From an uncultured delta proteobacterium (lineage in GTDB: Bacteria; Myxococcota_A; Polyangia; Polyangiales; B10-G4), in contig CAVSGI010000026.1 of assembly GCA_963727445.1 (NCBI GenBank), positions 1 to 15,098 on the forward strand: a stretch of 15,098 nucleotides of DNA. Direction: 5' to 3'. Shown in pieces: positions 6,802 through 15,098 of the stretch. The position numbers and the translations under genes were made by a program. The first letter of the stretch is position 1. Each line of letters opens with the position of its first letter. The notes beneath the pieces are model-generated. The model did not search any database. It worked only from the letters and a program-made list of their open reading frames with translations, and had not been told where the DNA came from.

Positions 6802-7515
6802 ATGATCCGTCTCCAGTGCACCGAGCCCGTGCTCTCTCGCTTCGCCTCGGAGCTCGCGGCAGAGGGCCCGCGCCTCGACCTCCGCCCCGACCTCCGTGGC
6901 GCCTGCCCGCGCGATGTGGAGGCGGCGCGCCTCGCCTGGGCCGCGCGCATCGTCGACGAGTACCGGTCGGTCGTCGTCTTCTCCGAGCTCCTCACGCTCC
7001 TCGCGCGTCTCGAGATGCCCTACGCCGCCCTCTGCGCGGTCTCGCGCCTCGTCGACGACGAGCTCCGCCACACGCGCCGGTGCGCGGAGGTGGTCGACTG
7101 GCTCGGCGGGATGGAGGACCTGGAGGTCGACCTCGAGGGCCTCGCGCTGCCGCCCACCGAGCACACGACGGCGGGGCGTGCCTACGCGATCGTCGCCCGC
7201 GAGATCACCGTGGCCGAGAGAGAGTCGGTGCGCGTGCTCGTGGCGTTTCGAGACGCCACCACCGACGCCGCCGTCCGCAAGGTCCTCTCAGAGCTCCTCG
7301 CCGACGAGGTCCGTCACGCGGCGGTGGGCCCGCGTCTCGAAAGCGTGATGCGGCGCGAGCTGCCGGCCGAGGCCTTCGGCGCTGTCCTCGACGAAATCGA
7401 CGAGACCCTGGAGCGCGACAGGCAGGAGCTCCGCGCGTTCTATCGCGAGATGGCGGAGGGCGGTCCGGGTCGCCGTTTCGGGGCGTCGATCACGCGCGAG
7501 GACCTGGCATCATGA
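6802..7515 (+). CDS. Ferritin-like four-helix-bundle (diiron carboxylate) protein
   Basis: Ligand pattern E...ExxH...E...ExxH: DEYRS, DDELRH, AERES, ADEVRH. All-helical, no signal peptide. ATG at 6802; stop overlaps the next ATG. Confidence 0.82.
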   Translation: MIRLQCTEPVLSRFASELAAEGPRLDLRPDLRGACPRDVEAARLAWAARIVDEYRSVVVFSELLTLLARLEMPYAALCAVSRLVDDELRHTRRCAEVVDWLGGMEDLEVDLEGLALPPTEHTTAGRAYAIVAREITVAERESVRVLVAFRDATTDAAVRKVLSELLADEVRHAAVGPRLESVMRRELPAEAFGAVLDEIDETLERDRQELRAFYREMAEGGPGRRFGASITREDLAS

Positions 7516-8225
7516 TGGCCGTGACCGCTGTCGCCGACGCACCCCGTGTCCTGCTGGTGGAGGACGAGGAGCCCATCCTCGAGGGGTTGATGGAGCTCTT
7601 CCTGCAACAGGGCTTCGTGCCGACCTCGGCCAAAGACGGCCCGAGCGCGCTCGCGAGGCTGAAGGAGGACTCCTTCGATCTGGTGGTCCTCGACCTGATG
7701 CTGCCTGGAGAGGATGGGCTCTCGGTGCTCCGGAAGAGCCGCGCCGCGGGCAACGAGACGCCGGTGCTGATCCTCACCGCGAAGGGCGCCGAGGAGGACG
7801 TGGTAGCGGGTCTCGAAGCCGGCGCCGACGACTACGTGACCAAGCCCTTCGGGATCCGCGAGCTCGTGGCGCGGGCGCGTGGGCTTCTCCGGCGTCCCCG
7901 CACGGTGCCTGAGGCGCCGCGGCGTCTGGTGGTGGAGGAGCTGGTGATCGATTTCGACGCGCTCTCGGTGGTGCACGGCGAGGCCGAGGTGCGGCTCACG
8001 GCGCGGGAGGCGACGCTCCTCGAATACCTGGCCGGTCGGCGCAACCGCGCCGTGAGCCGCGAAGAGCTCCTGGTAGACGTCTGGGGTTACAACGACGGCT
8101 CGGTGCGAACCCGCACCGTGGACGTGCACGTGATGCAGCTGCGCGCGAAGCTGAAGAGGCTTCCGAAGGGCGAGGCGCTGGTGACCACCGTGCGCGGCCG
8201 CGGTTATCGCTTCGGGGAGGCCTGA
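7512..8225 (+). CDS. OmpR/PhoB-family DNA-binding response regulator
   Basis: Receiver domain VLLVEDE...VLDLMLPG...ILTAK...DDYVTKPF and winged-helix domain (LTAREATLLEYL, RTVDVHVMQLRAKL, TVRGRGYRF). ATGA overlap with the upstream stop at 7512-7515. Confidence 0.96.
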   Translation: MMAVTAVADAPRVLLVEDEEPILEGLMELFLQQGFVPTSAKDGPSALARLKEDSFDLVVLDLMLPGEDGLSVLRKSRAAGNETPVLILTAKGAEEDVVAGLEAGADDYVTKPFGIRELVARARGLLRRPRTVPEAPRRLVVEELVIDFDALSVVHGEAEVRLTAREATLLEYLAGRRNRAVSREELLVDVWGYNDGSVRTRTVDVHVMQLRAKLKRLPKGEALVTTVRGRGYRFGEA

Positions 8226-8236
8226 GGAGCTCTTCG

Positions 8237-10237
8237 ATGCGCCCCACGCGTCGCACTCTCGCGCTCCTGGTGGGCGTGGCGTTGCCCGTGCTCCTCTTGG
8301 CCGCCGGCTGGTCCATGGCGTCGTGGCGCGAGCGACAGAGCATGCGCCGCGAGCGTCTCGGGTTTCTCGAGCGCACCGCGGACGCCATTCGCATCGCCGT
8401 CGACGAGAGCCTCACCGAGCTCGGCAACCGCGAGGACGTGCGGCCCTTCTATCTGTACAACCACTACTACAGTCCTCCCGACGTCCTCGCGGTGAGCGAC
8501 CCGGTGGCGATCTCTCCCCTCGCCCAGGAGCCGGAGGACCCGCGGGTTCGCGGCTACTTCCAGATCGACCCCGACGGCACGCTCCGGACGCCCTACGAAG
8601 CCGACCCCAGTCACGAGCCGGGCCCGCGCTCGCGCGCGCTGATGACGGCGCTCAGCGGGCCGGCCTTCGACGAGCTTCGTACCCTCGCCCACGGAAGCAC
8701 GCGCTCCGGGCTGGTCCCGGAGGCGGTACGTCCGAGTGGCGCGGATGTGGCGCTCGTCGATGCACAGGCGACGCCTCGAGACGAGGGGGAGGGCGGCACG
8801 CGCGTGGACGCGGAGCTCTCGCTCTCGCCCGAGGGCCCGCTCACGGTGAGCCTGAATCAGTGGGGCCAGCAGGTGTACTCGGACGTCAGCGCAGCGCAGC
8901 AGGGCGATCCGGAGGCCAACCTGCGCGTGCAGTCGCGCGGCCGCACGGTCCCGCAGACCGTTCGCAATGTCGTGTCCTGGGACTCGGTCGACAACCCCGT
9001 GGCGGCGCAGGCGGAGCGCGGATCGGTTCAGGGGCATCCATCCGCCAACCGGCAGGTTCGACGCCGGCGTTCCGCCGCGGCACTGCCCCAGGTGGCTCCA
9101 CAACCGCGTCCGCCGCCCCTTCCGGTCGTCCCCGAAAACGAGATCCAGGTCGACTACACGCCGATGGCGTTCATCTCGTCCCATGGCGCCACCACGCTCC
9201 AGCGCGTCGTCAGCCATGCGGGGACTTCGGTGGTGCAGGGCGCGCTCATCGATCGCGACCATGTCTTCGGGGAGTGGATCCCGGCGCTCGTGGAGCGCGC
9301 GGGGGCTGGCCTGCCCATCGCGGTGGTCCAGAGCGGCGAGCCCGCGTCGTGCGCCGTTCGCCGGCCAGCGAGCGAGCTGATCAGTGGCGCCGACCTCTGC
9401 GTGGAGCCGGTGGCGCTCGCCTCGGTCACGGCGCAGGCCGACCGCGACCTCGGCGTGCAGCTCGCGGCGCTCTTGGGGCTGCTCCTGATCGTTGGCTTCG
9501 CTGCGTTCGTCGTCGATCGAGCGGCGCGTCGCGCCGAGGAGCTGTCGCGCCAGAAGAGCGACTTCGTCTCGGCCGTGAGCCACGAGCTGCGCACGCCCCT
9601 GACCACCATCCGCATGCACAGCGAGATGCTTCGCGAAGGGCTGGTCTCGGAGGACAAGCGCGATCGCTTCCACGAGGACCTGGTCAACGAGTCGGTGCGC
9701 CTCTCGCAGCTGGTCGACAACGTGCTCGAGCTGTCGCGGATCGAGCGGGGACAGCGCCTGATCAAGCTACGACGAGGCGACCTCGGCGCCTGCGTCGAGG
9801 GTGTGATCGAAGGCCAGCGGCGTTTCCTCGAGGACAAGGGCGTCACCGTGCGCGGGCCGGCGCCTCAGGAGGAGGTCATGGCGCTCTTCGACCGTCAGGC
9901 GGTGGAGCAGATCGTCATCAATCTTCTGGCCAACGCAGCCAAGTACGGACGCGGCGAGGAAGGGGTGATCGACGTTCGGATCGCTCTGAGCGGAGACGAG
10001 GTCGTGCTCTCGGTCCTCGACCGCGGGCCGGGCATCCCGGAGGCGGAGCGGGAGGCGGTCTTCGAGCGCTTTCACCGGGTGGAGCGGGAGGAGACGGCGC
10101 ACATGCCCGGCACCGGCATCGGTCTATCGCTGGTGCGGGAGCTGGCGCGCGCCCACGGCGGCGACGCGACGGTGCACGCGCGCGAGGGCGGTGGTTGCGA
10201 GATCGCGGTGCGCTTCGAAGCCGCCCAGAGCGCCTGA
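8237..10237 (+). CDS. Membrane-bound sensor histidine kinase (HisKA + HATPase_c)
   Basis: N-terminal TM, long extracytoplasmic region, second TM (LAALLGLLLIVGFAAFVV), H-box SAVSHELRTPLT, N-box NLLANAAKY, G1 DRGPGI and G2 GTGIGL. Confidence 0.96.
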   Translation: MRPTRRTLALLVGVALPVLLLAAGWSMASWRERQSMRRERLGFLERTADAIRIAVDESLTELGNREDVRPFYLYNHYYSPPDVLAVSDPVAISPLAQEPEDPRVRGYFQIDPDGTLRTPYEADPSHEPGPRSRALMTALSGPAFDELRTLAHGSTRSGLVPEAVRPSGADVALVDAQATPRDEGEGGTRVDAELSLSPEGPLTVSLNQWGQQVYSDVSAAQQGDPEANLRVQSRGRTVPQTVRNVVSWDSVDNPVAAQAERGSVQGHPSANRQVRRRRSAAALPQVAPQPRPPPLPVVPENEIQVDYTPMAFISSHGATTLQRVVSHAGTSVVQGALIDRDHVFGEWIPALVERAGAGLPIAVVQSGEPASCAVRRPASELISGADLCVEPVALASVTAQADRDLGVQLAALLGLLLIVGFAAFVVDRAARRAEELSRQKSDFVSAVSHELRTPLTTIRMHSEMLREGLVSEDKRDRFHEDLVNESVRLSQLVDNVLELSRIERGQRLIKLRRGDLGACVEGVIEGQRRFLEDKGVTVRGPAPQEEVMALFDRQAVEQIVINLLANAAKYGRGEEGVIDVRIALSGDEVVLSVLDRGPGIPEAEREAVFERFHRVEREETAHMPGTGIGLSLVRELARAHGGDATVHAREGGGCEIAVRFEAAQSA

Positions 10238-10244
10238 CGGCGAG

Positions 10245-11424
10245 TCAGTGGAGCGTGTGGTCACGCCCGTCGTACTGGATCGTGGGCACTCCGGACTCGC
10301 GTCCTTGCGGCGGCTCCCCGGTGACGATCAGCACGTGATCGATGCCTTCGGCGGCACGGCGCATGGCGAGCTCGGTGAGCACCGCCTCCTCCGCGCGCAT
10401 CAACGCCTCGTCGCTCGCGGCCTCCTCGGCGGCCCAGCGCGCGAGCACCTGTCGATGACGGCGACGCCGGCGGATGTAGGCGAACACCAACAGGAGTGAG
10501 GCGAAGACCCAGAGGCCGCCGCCCGTGACCACGAGTGGGATGGTCTGGAAGCGTTCTTCGAGGCGGTCTCGCCACTCGCGCTCCATCGTGGCGAGGGACA
10601 TTTCGTAGGAGTCGAAGAAGGACTCGTCGAAGCTCATGTCCTCTTCGCGGATCTTGCGGAGCAGCGAGCGGAAACGCCGCGCTTCGCTGTCGCCGCGGCG
10701 CATGTGCGCGATGATGTCGGCGCTCTCGGCGTAGGCCACGCTCACCCGATGCGGGTAGGTCGGGAAGCGGCTGTCGAGATCGGCGAGGGGAACCACGTTG
10801 TCCGCGACCACCGCCTGCCACAGCGTGCGAATGCGGTTCAGGTCGTTCTCCTGCGCCTGCTGGACCGCCACCCCCTCCACGAACCAACGGGGCAGATGTT
10901 GCCCGCCCACGGCGCGAAAGAGCGCGATGTGCGACAGCTCGTGCGTGAGAACCTTCTCCACGTCGGGGCGCTGCCACGAGTCCGGTGCTTGAAGCGTCAG
11001 CAGGATCACGCCGAAGCGTGGATAAGCGACGCCGGCCGCGTAGTCGGGGGGCGGGTGACCCACCGGCGCGAGGGCGCGCATCTCCTCCGGGTCGAGCCCG
11101 ACCCGAATGATCACCCGATCGTCGATCGGGCCTCCGAGCTCGTCGACGACCCGCTGCCACGACGCCGCGTAGGAGCCCTGGAGCTCACGCACCACCGAGG
11201 TCGCGGAGGCGGGGAAGGTCCACTCGATGCCGCCGCGGGTCTCGGAGAGGTAACCCTCGGGCGCGTCCGGCAGGGTGACGTCGACGGCTTCGTCCGCGCT
11301 GATCGGGCTCCAGCCTCGGATGTCGCGCGCCTCGGTCTCGGCCTCGACCAGAGGGGCGTCCTGGGCATACGCAGACCCTGCCAGCAGCCCCACGGCCAAC
11401 AGCGAGAGCCCTCGACAAAACGCC

Positions 11425-11435
<11 letters not shown>
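10245..11435 (-). CDS. Exported, C-terminally membrane-anchored zinc metallopeptidase (peptidase MA / gluzincin-like)
   Basis: Signal peptide (LLAVGLLAGSAYA-Q), AAGVAYP, zinc motif LTHELSH (HExxH) followed by PRWFVEGVA; C-terminal TM followed by RRRRR and a cytoplasmic tail. Confidence 0.88.
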
Positions 11436-12407
<972 letters not shown>

Positions 12408-12413
12408 GGCGGG

Positions 12414-12441
12414 AGACTACGCGGCGGCGCTCGGGATGCAA
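12414..12441 (-). promoter_or_regulatory. Putative promoter for a leaderless transcript of the acidic exported protein
   Basis: Minus strand TTGCAT (12441-12436), 16-bp spacer, TAGTCT (12419-12414), then 6 nt to GTG 12407; no SD. Confidence 0.45.
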
Positions 12442-12472
12442 ACCGGGACCACCTGCGATAAAGGCCCCCGTA

Positions 12473-13192
12473 GTGGTACCCACGCGCGTTGGACGATTCT
12501 TCTACGTGACGGGCCTGACGGGCGGGCTGTCGGCCATGGCCCTGGTTCGAACCGCGCTCGGAGACGACGGGGCCGTGCGCGCGCTGAGCGCGGTGTGGGC
12601 CGAGCGGGTGGCGCGGGGGATCGGCATGGAGGTGGAGGTGGTGGGCGGTGACGCCGTCGACCCCGTCGCGCCGCACGTCTTCATGTGCAACCACCAGAGT
12701 CACATGGACATCGTCGCGCTCTTCCTCGGACTGCCGGTGAGCCCGGGCTTTCTCGCCAAGCGCGAGCTGCGCGACGTGCCGCTCTTCGGGCGAGCGATGG
12801 ACGTGGGCGGGCACGTCTTCGTCGACCGTCAGAATCGCGAGGATGCGCTGCGCGCCATCGAGCAAGCGGCGGTGCAGGTCGCCGCCGGCAAGAGCCTGGT
12901 GGTCTTCCCGGAGGGCACGCGAAGCGCCGCCGGAACGGTGAAGCACTTCAAGAAGGGCGGCTTCCATCTCGCCAAGCAGGCGAGGGTTCCCATCGTCCCC
13001 GTCGGGATCCGCGGCACCGCGGCGGTGCTCCCCAAGCACTCGCGCGCGCTCCGCCCGGGGGCGGTCGCGCTCCACCTCGGCGAGCCGCTCGCCGCGAGCG
13101 AGGTCGAACGCCTCGAGGTCGACGCCCTGGTCGCCGAGGTGCGCCGGCGCATCGCCGCGCTCGCCGACATGCGCCTCGTCGACGCGCGATGA
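12473..13192 (+). CDS. plsC: 1-acyl-sn-glycerol-3-phosphate acyltransferase (lysophospholipid acyltransferase family)
   Basis: NHQSHMD (HX4D), FLAKREL, FVDRQN, VFPEGTRS and VPIVPV motifs. Start placed at in-frame GTG 12473 and is uncertain. Confidence 0.9.
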   Translation: MVPTRVGRFFYVTGLTGGLSAMALVRTALGDDGAVRALSAVWAERVARGIGMEVEVVGGDAVDPVAPHVFMCNHQSHMDIVALFLGLPVSPGFLAKRELRDVPLFGRAMDVGGHVFVDRQNREDALRAIEQAAVQVAAGKSLVVFPEGTRSAAGTVKHFKKGGFHLAKQARVPIVPVGIRGTAAVLPKHSRALRPGAVALHLGEPLAASEVERLEVDALVAEVRRRIAALADMRLVDAR

Positions 13193-13200
13193 TCGTTCAT

Positions 13201-14010
13201 TCAGCCCTTTCGACCGAGCGTGATCTCGACCAGCGTGAGCCCCTGGGCGGGTGCGGTCGGCCCGGCGTCGCTCCGCGCGGCCTCGCCTCCGAGCAGCGCG
13301 CGGAGCGCGTCGACGCTCAGCCGCTCCCGCCCGACCTCCACCAGCGTCCCCACCAGGATCCGCACCATGTTCTTCAAGAACGCGGTGCCGCGCACCTCGA
13401 CCGCGAGCAGACGCGGGTCCGAGGCCCAGCCCGGCACAAGGTCCACCCGCGTCAACGTGCGAACGGTCTCCTCGCGCTCGTCGTCAGCGGCCTGAAAGGC
13501 GCGGAAGTCGTGGGTGCCGACGAGGGCGGCGGCCGCGCCCTCGAGGAGCGCCATGTCGAAGGCATCCTGGGCGCGCTCGGCGCGCCTTCGCGCCGGCGTG
13601 AGCAGGCCGGGGTGGACGTACCAGGCGCGCCGGCGGCTCAGTGGATCGTGGGCGGCGCCCACCTGGATGACGTAGCGGTAGAGCTTGTCCACCGCGTCGA
13701 AGCGGGGATCGTAGCCCTCCGGGACCGTCTCCGCCCCGAAGACCGCGATGTCGTCGGGAAGGTACTTGTTGAGCCCCCGCGACCAGCTCTTGGGCGCGAT
13801 CTCCTTTTCGCTGTCGAAGGCGGCCACCTGACCCATCGCGTGCACGCCGGCGTCGGTTCGGCTCGCGCCCCGCACGGTCACCGGGTGCACCGTCATCCGC
13901 TGTACGGCCTGCGCGAGCTCCCCTTGCACGGTGCGCGCGTTCGGTTGCGCTTGCCAGCCGCCGAAGTCGGTGCCGTCGTAGGCGACGAGGAGGCGTACGC
14001 CATGCGCCAT
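13201..14010 (-). CDS. truA: tRNA pseudouridine(38-40) synthase
   Basis: AYDGTDFGGWQ, RTVQGEL, catalytic SRTDAGVHA, GTHDFRAF, AFLKNMVRILVG and AGPTAPAQGLTL. Confidence 0.97.
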   Translation of the reverse strand: MAHGVRLLVAYDGTDFGGWQAQPNARTVQGELAQAVQRMTVHPVTVRGASRTDAGVHAMGQVAAFDSEKEIAPKSWSRGLNKYLPDDIAVFGAETVPEGYDPRFDAVDKLYRYVIQVGAAHDPLSRRRAWYVHPGLLTPARRRAERAQDAFDMALLEGAAAALVGTHDFRAFQAADDEREETVRTLTRVDLVPGWASDPRLLAVEVRGTAFLKNMVRILVGTLVEVGRERLSVDALRALLGGEAARSDAGPTAPAQGLTLVEITLGRKG

Positions 14011-14020
14011 CGCGACCGGA

Positions 14021-14728
14021 TCAGAACGTGAAGCCGAGGCCGAGCGACCAGGCGAGGCCGCCGCGCGGGGTCACGTCGAGGGTCGTGTTCGCGGTCGTTC
14101 CGAAGATCTCGAAGAGGATGAAGGAGTGGTTGATGCCCCACTCCTCGTCGAGAGAGCGAGCGGCGCGCCGGTTGATGATGTCGAGCTCGAACGCGGCTTG
14201 CACGCCCCATCGGAGGCCGATCGAGACGTTCGTCGCTTCGCTCGTCGAGCCGGTGCCCGTGTTCCAGATGACGAAGTCCCCGCCGATCTTGCCGGCGAAG
14301 AGGAGGGGCACGTTCAAGAGGCGGGAGAGCGCATCGACGCGAAGCACGGCCATGACGGGCATCGGGTAGAGCGTGAGCGAGGTGTCTTCCTGCGTGGCCA
14401 CGCCGCCGTTGTCCTTCGACTTGCCGACGTACTGGGTCCAGCCGAAGCCGACGCCTACGCCGAGATCGAACCAGTCGTCGAGCGTGAAGACGAAGTAGTC
14501 GAGCTCGACGGAGAGGAGCGGGCCCTGATCGTCTTTGAAGAAGCCGTCGAAGGCCGCGCCGCCGGCGTTCGGCTGATAGGTGCCGCCGCGGAGCTCGAGC
14601 GCCCAGTTCTCCGGCGACTCGACGTCCTCCTCGCTCACCACCGCGTCCTCGAAGTACTGCGCTTGGGCGCCGCTGGTGAAGGCGGTTGCGCCCAAGAGCA
14701 GGACGCTGAAAGCCGAGGCTCGTGTCAT
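14021..14728 (-). CDS. Outer-membrane beta-barrel protein (resembles the myxobacterial MXAN_2562 family)
   Basis: Signal peptide ending AQA-Q; amphipathic strands (WALELRGG, LGVGVGFGW, LFAGKIGGDF); DEEWGINHSFILFE; C-terminal beta-signal LGLGFTF. The family name is from recall, not from a search. Confidence 0.82.
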   Translation of the reverse strand: MTRASAFSVLLLGATAFTSGAQAQYFEDAVVSEEDVESPENWALELRGGTYQPNAGGAAFDGFFKDDQGPLLSVELDYFVFTLDDWFDLGVGVGFGWTQYVGKSKDNGGVATQEDTSLTLYPMPVMAVLRVDALSRLLNVPLLFAGKIGGDFVIWNTGTGSTSEATNVSIGLRWGVQAAFELDIINRRAARSLDEEWGINHSFILFEIFGTTANTTLDVTPRGGLAWSLGLGFTF

Positions 14729-15098
14729 CCGCGGGACCTTCGGCGAGCGAGGCCCAACATTGCAAGCACCATGATCCCGAGGGCGGCCGTGGGCGCTCCT
14801 CCGGGCAGGCCGGGCGCGCCCGAGACGCTGCAGCTCTTGCAGTTCTCGCCGTAGGCGTCGCAGAACCCGTTCGTGGGCACCCGGGAGATGCAGGCCAGGT
14901 CCGAGGCCACGCTCTCGTTACCTGCGTAGTCCACCTCGACGACGGTGACCAAACCGGATCCCCCATCCTCGATGCCCATGTCGCCGGGGCTCACGGACAG
15001 AGACCCCGGGCGAGGAGGCGCGTTGCAGCTCGACCATTCCAGATGGGACGGGCGAGCCCGGCGTGATCGAGCTCGTCGACCCCGTGCAGTCGGCGTTG
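14725..15098 (-). CDS. 3' end of a MYXO-CTERM-anchored surface protein (possibly MXAN_2561-like, FN3-type strand); apparent +1 frameshift at 15004-15007
   Basis: C-terminus KSCSVSGAPGLPGGAPTAALGIMVLAMLGLARRRSRG (Cys, linker, TM, Arg cluster) and FN3-like VTVVEVDYAGNES. The upstream frame NADCTGSTSSITPGSPVPSGMVELQRASSPG joins SLSVSPGDM after removing one base of the C4 run. ATGA overlap with the barrel gene. Confidence 0.8.
   Translation of the reverse strand, partial: TPTARGRRARSRRARPSHLEWSSCNAPPRPGSLSVSPGDMGIEDGGSGLVTVVEVDYAGNESVASDLACISRVPTNGFCDAYGENCKSCSVSGAPGLPGGAPTAALGIMVLAMLGLARRRSRG

Noticed and set aside
6816..7511. Long N-terminal extension on the response regulator (469-aa ORF)
   Set aside because: Out-of-frame overlap with the ferritin-like gene; the receiver domain begins right after ATG 7512/7515.
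8204..10338. Overlapping long ORFs 8323..10338 (+), 8204..9673 (-) and 9154..9846 (-)
   Set aside because: Alternate-frame or antisense shadows of the histidine kinase with low-complexity Arg/Ala/Gly composition.
12685..14966. ORFs 12685..14031 (+) and 13893..14966 (-)
   Set aside because: They span several bona fide genes in other frames and contain no domain signatures.

Overview
Very GC-rich, gene-dense bacterial chromosome segment that looks myxobacterial (Myxococcota). The evidence is a C-terminal MYXO-CTERM sorting signal, a giant acidic TPR protein and several low-complexity lipoproteins. Left to right it contains: the 3' part of a giant TPR protein (+); a class IV PLP aminotransferase (+); a DTGT/DGGG-repeat lipoprotein with a Cys/His-rich C-terminal domain (+); a 52-aa very basic protein with its own promoter (+); an alkaline-phosphatase-superfamily (NPP-like) lipoprotein (-); an unknown lipoprotein (+); a four-gene unit of Pro-rich lipoprotein, ferritin-like diiron protein, OmpR-family regulator and sensor kinase, preceded by an 11-bp-period direct repeat (+); a membrane-anchored HExxH peptidase and an upstream acidic exported protein (-); plsC (+); and truA, an outer-membrane beta-barrel and the 3' end of a MYXO-CTERM protein (-). 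I found no rRNA, tRNA, CRISPR or mobile element. At least three genes carry frameshifts that are fixed by removing single bases from short homopolymers, which points to sequencing indels rather than pseudogenes. The best candidate for an undescribed system is the apparently autoregulated lipoprotein + diiron-enzyme + two-component module at about 6300-10237.
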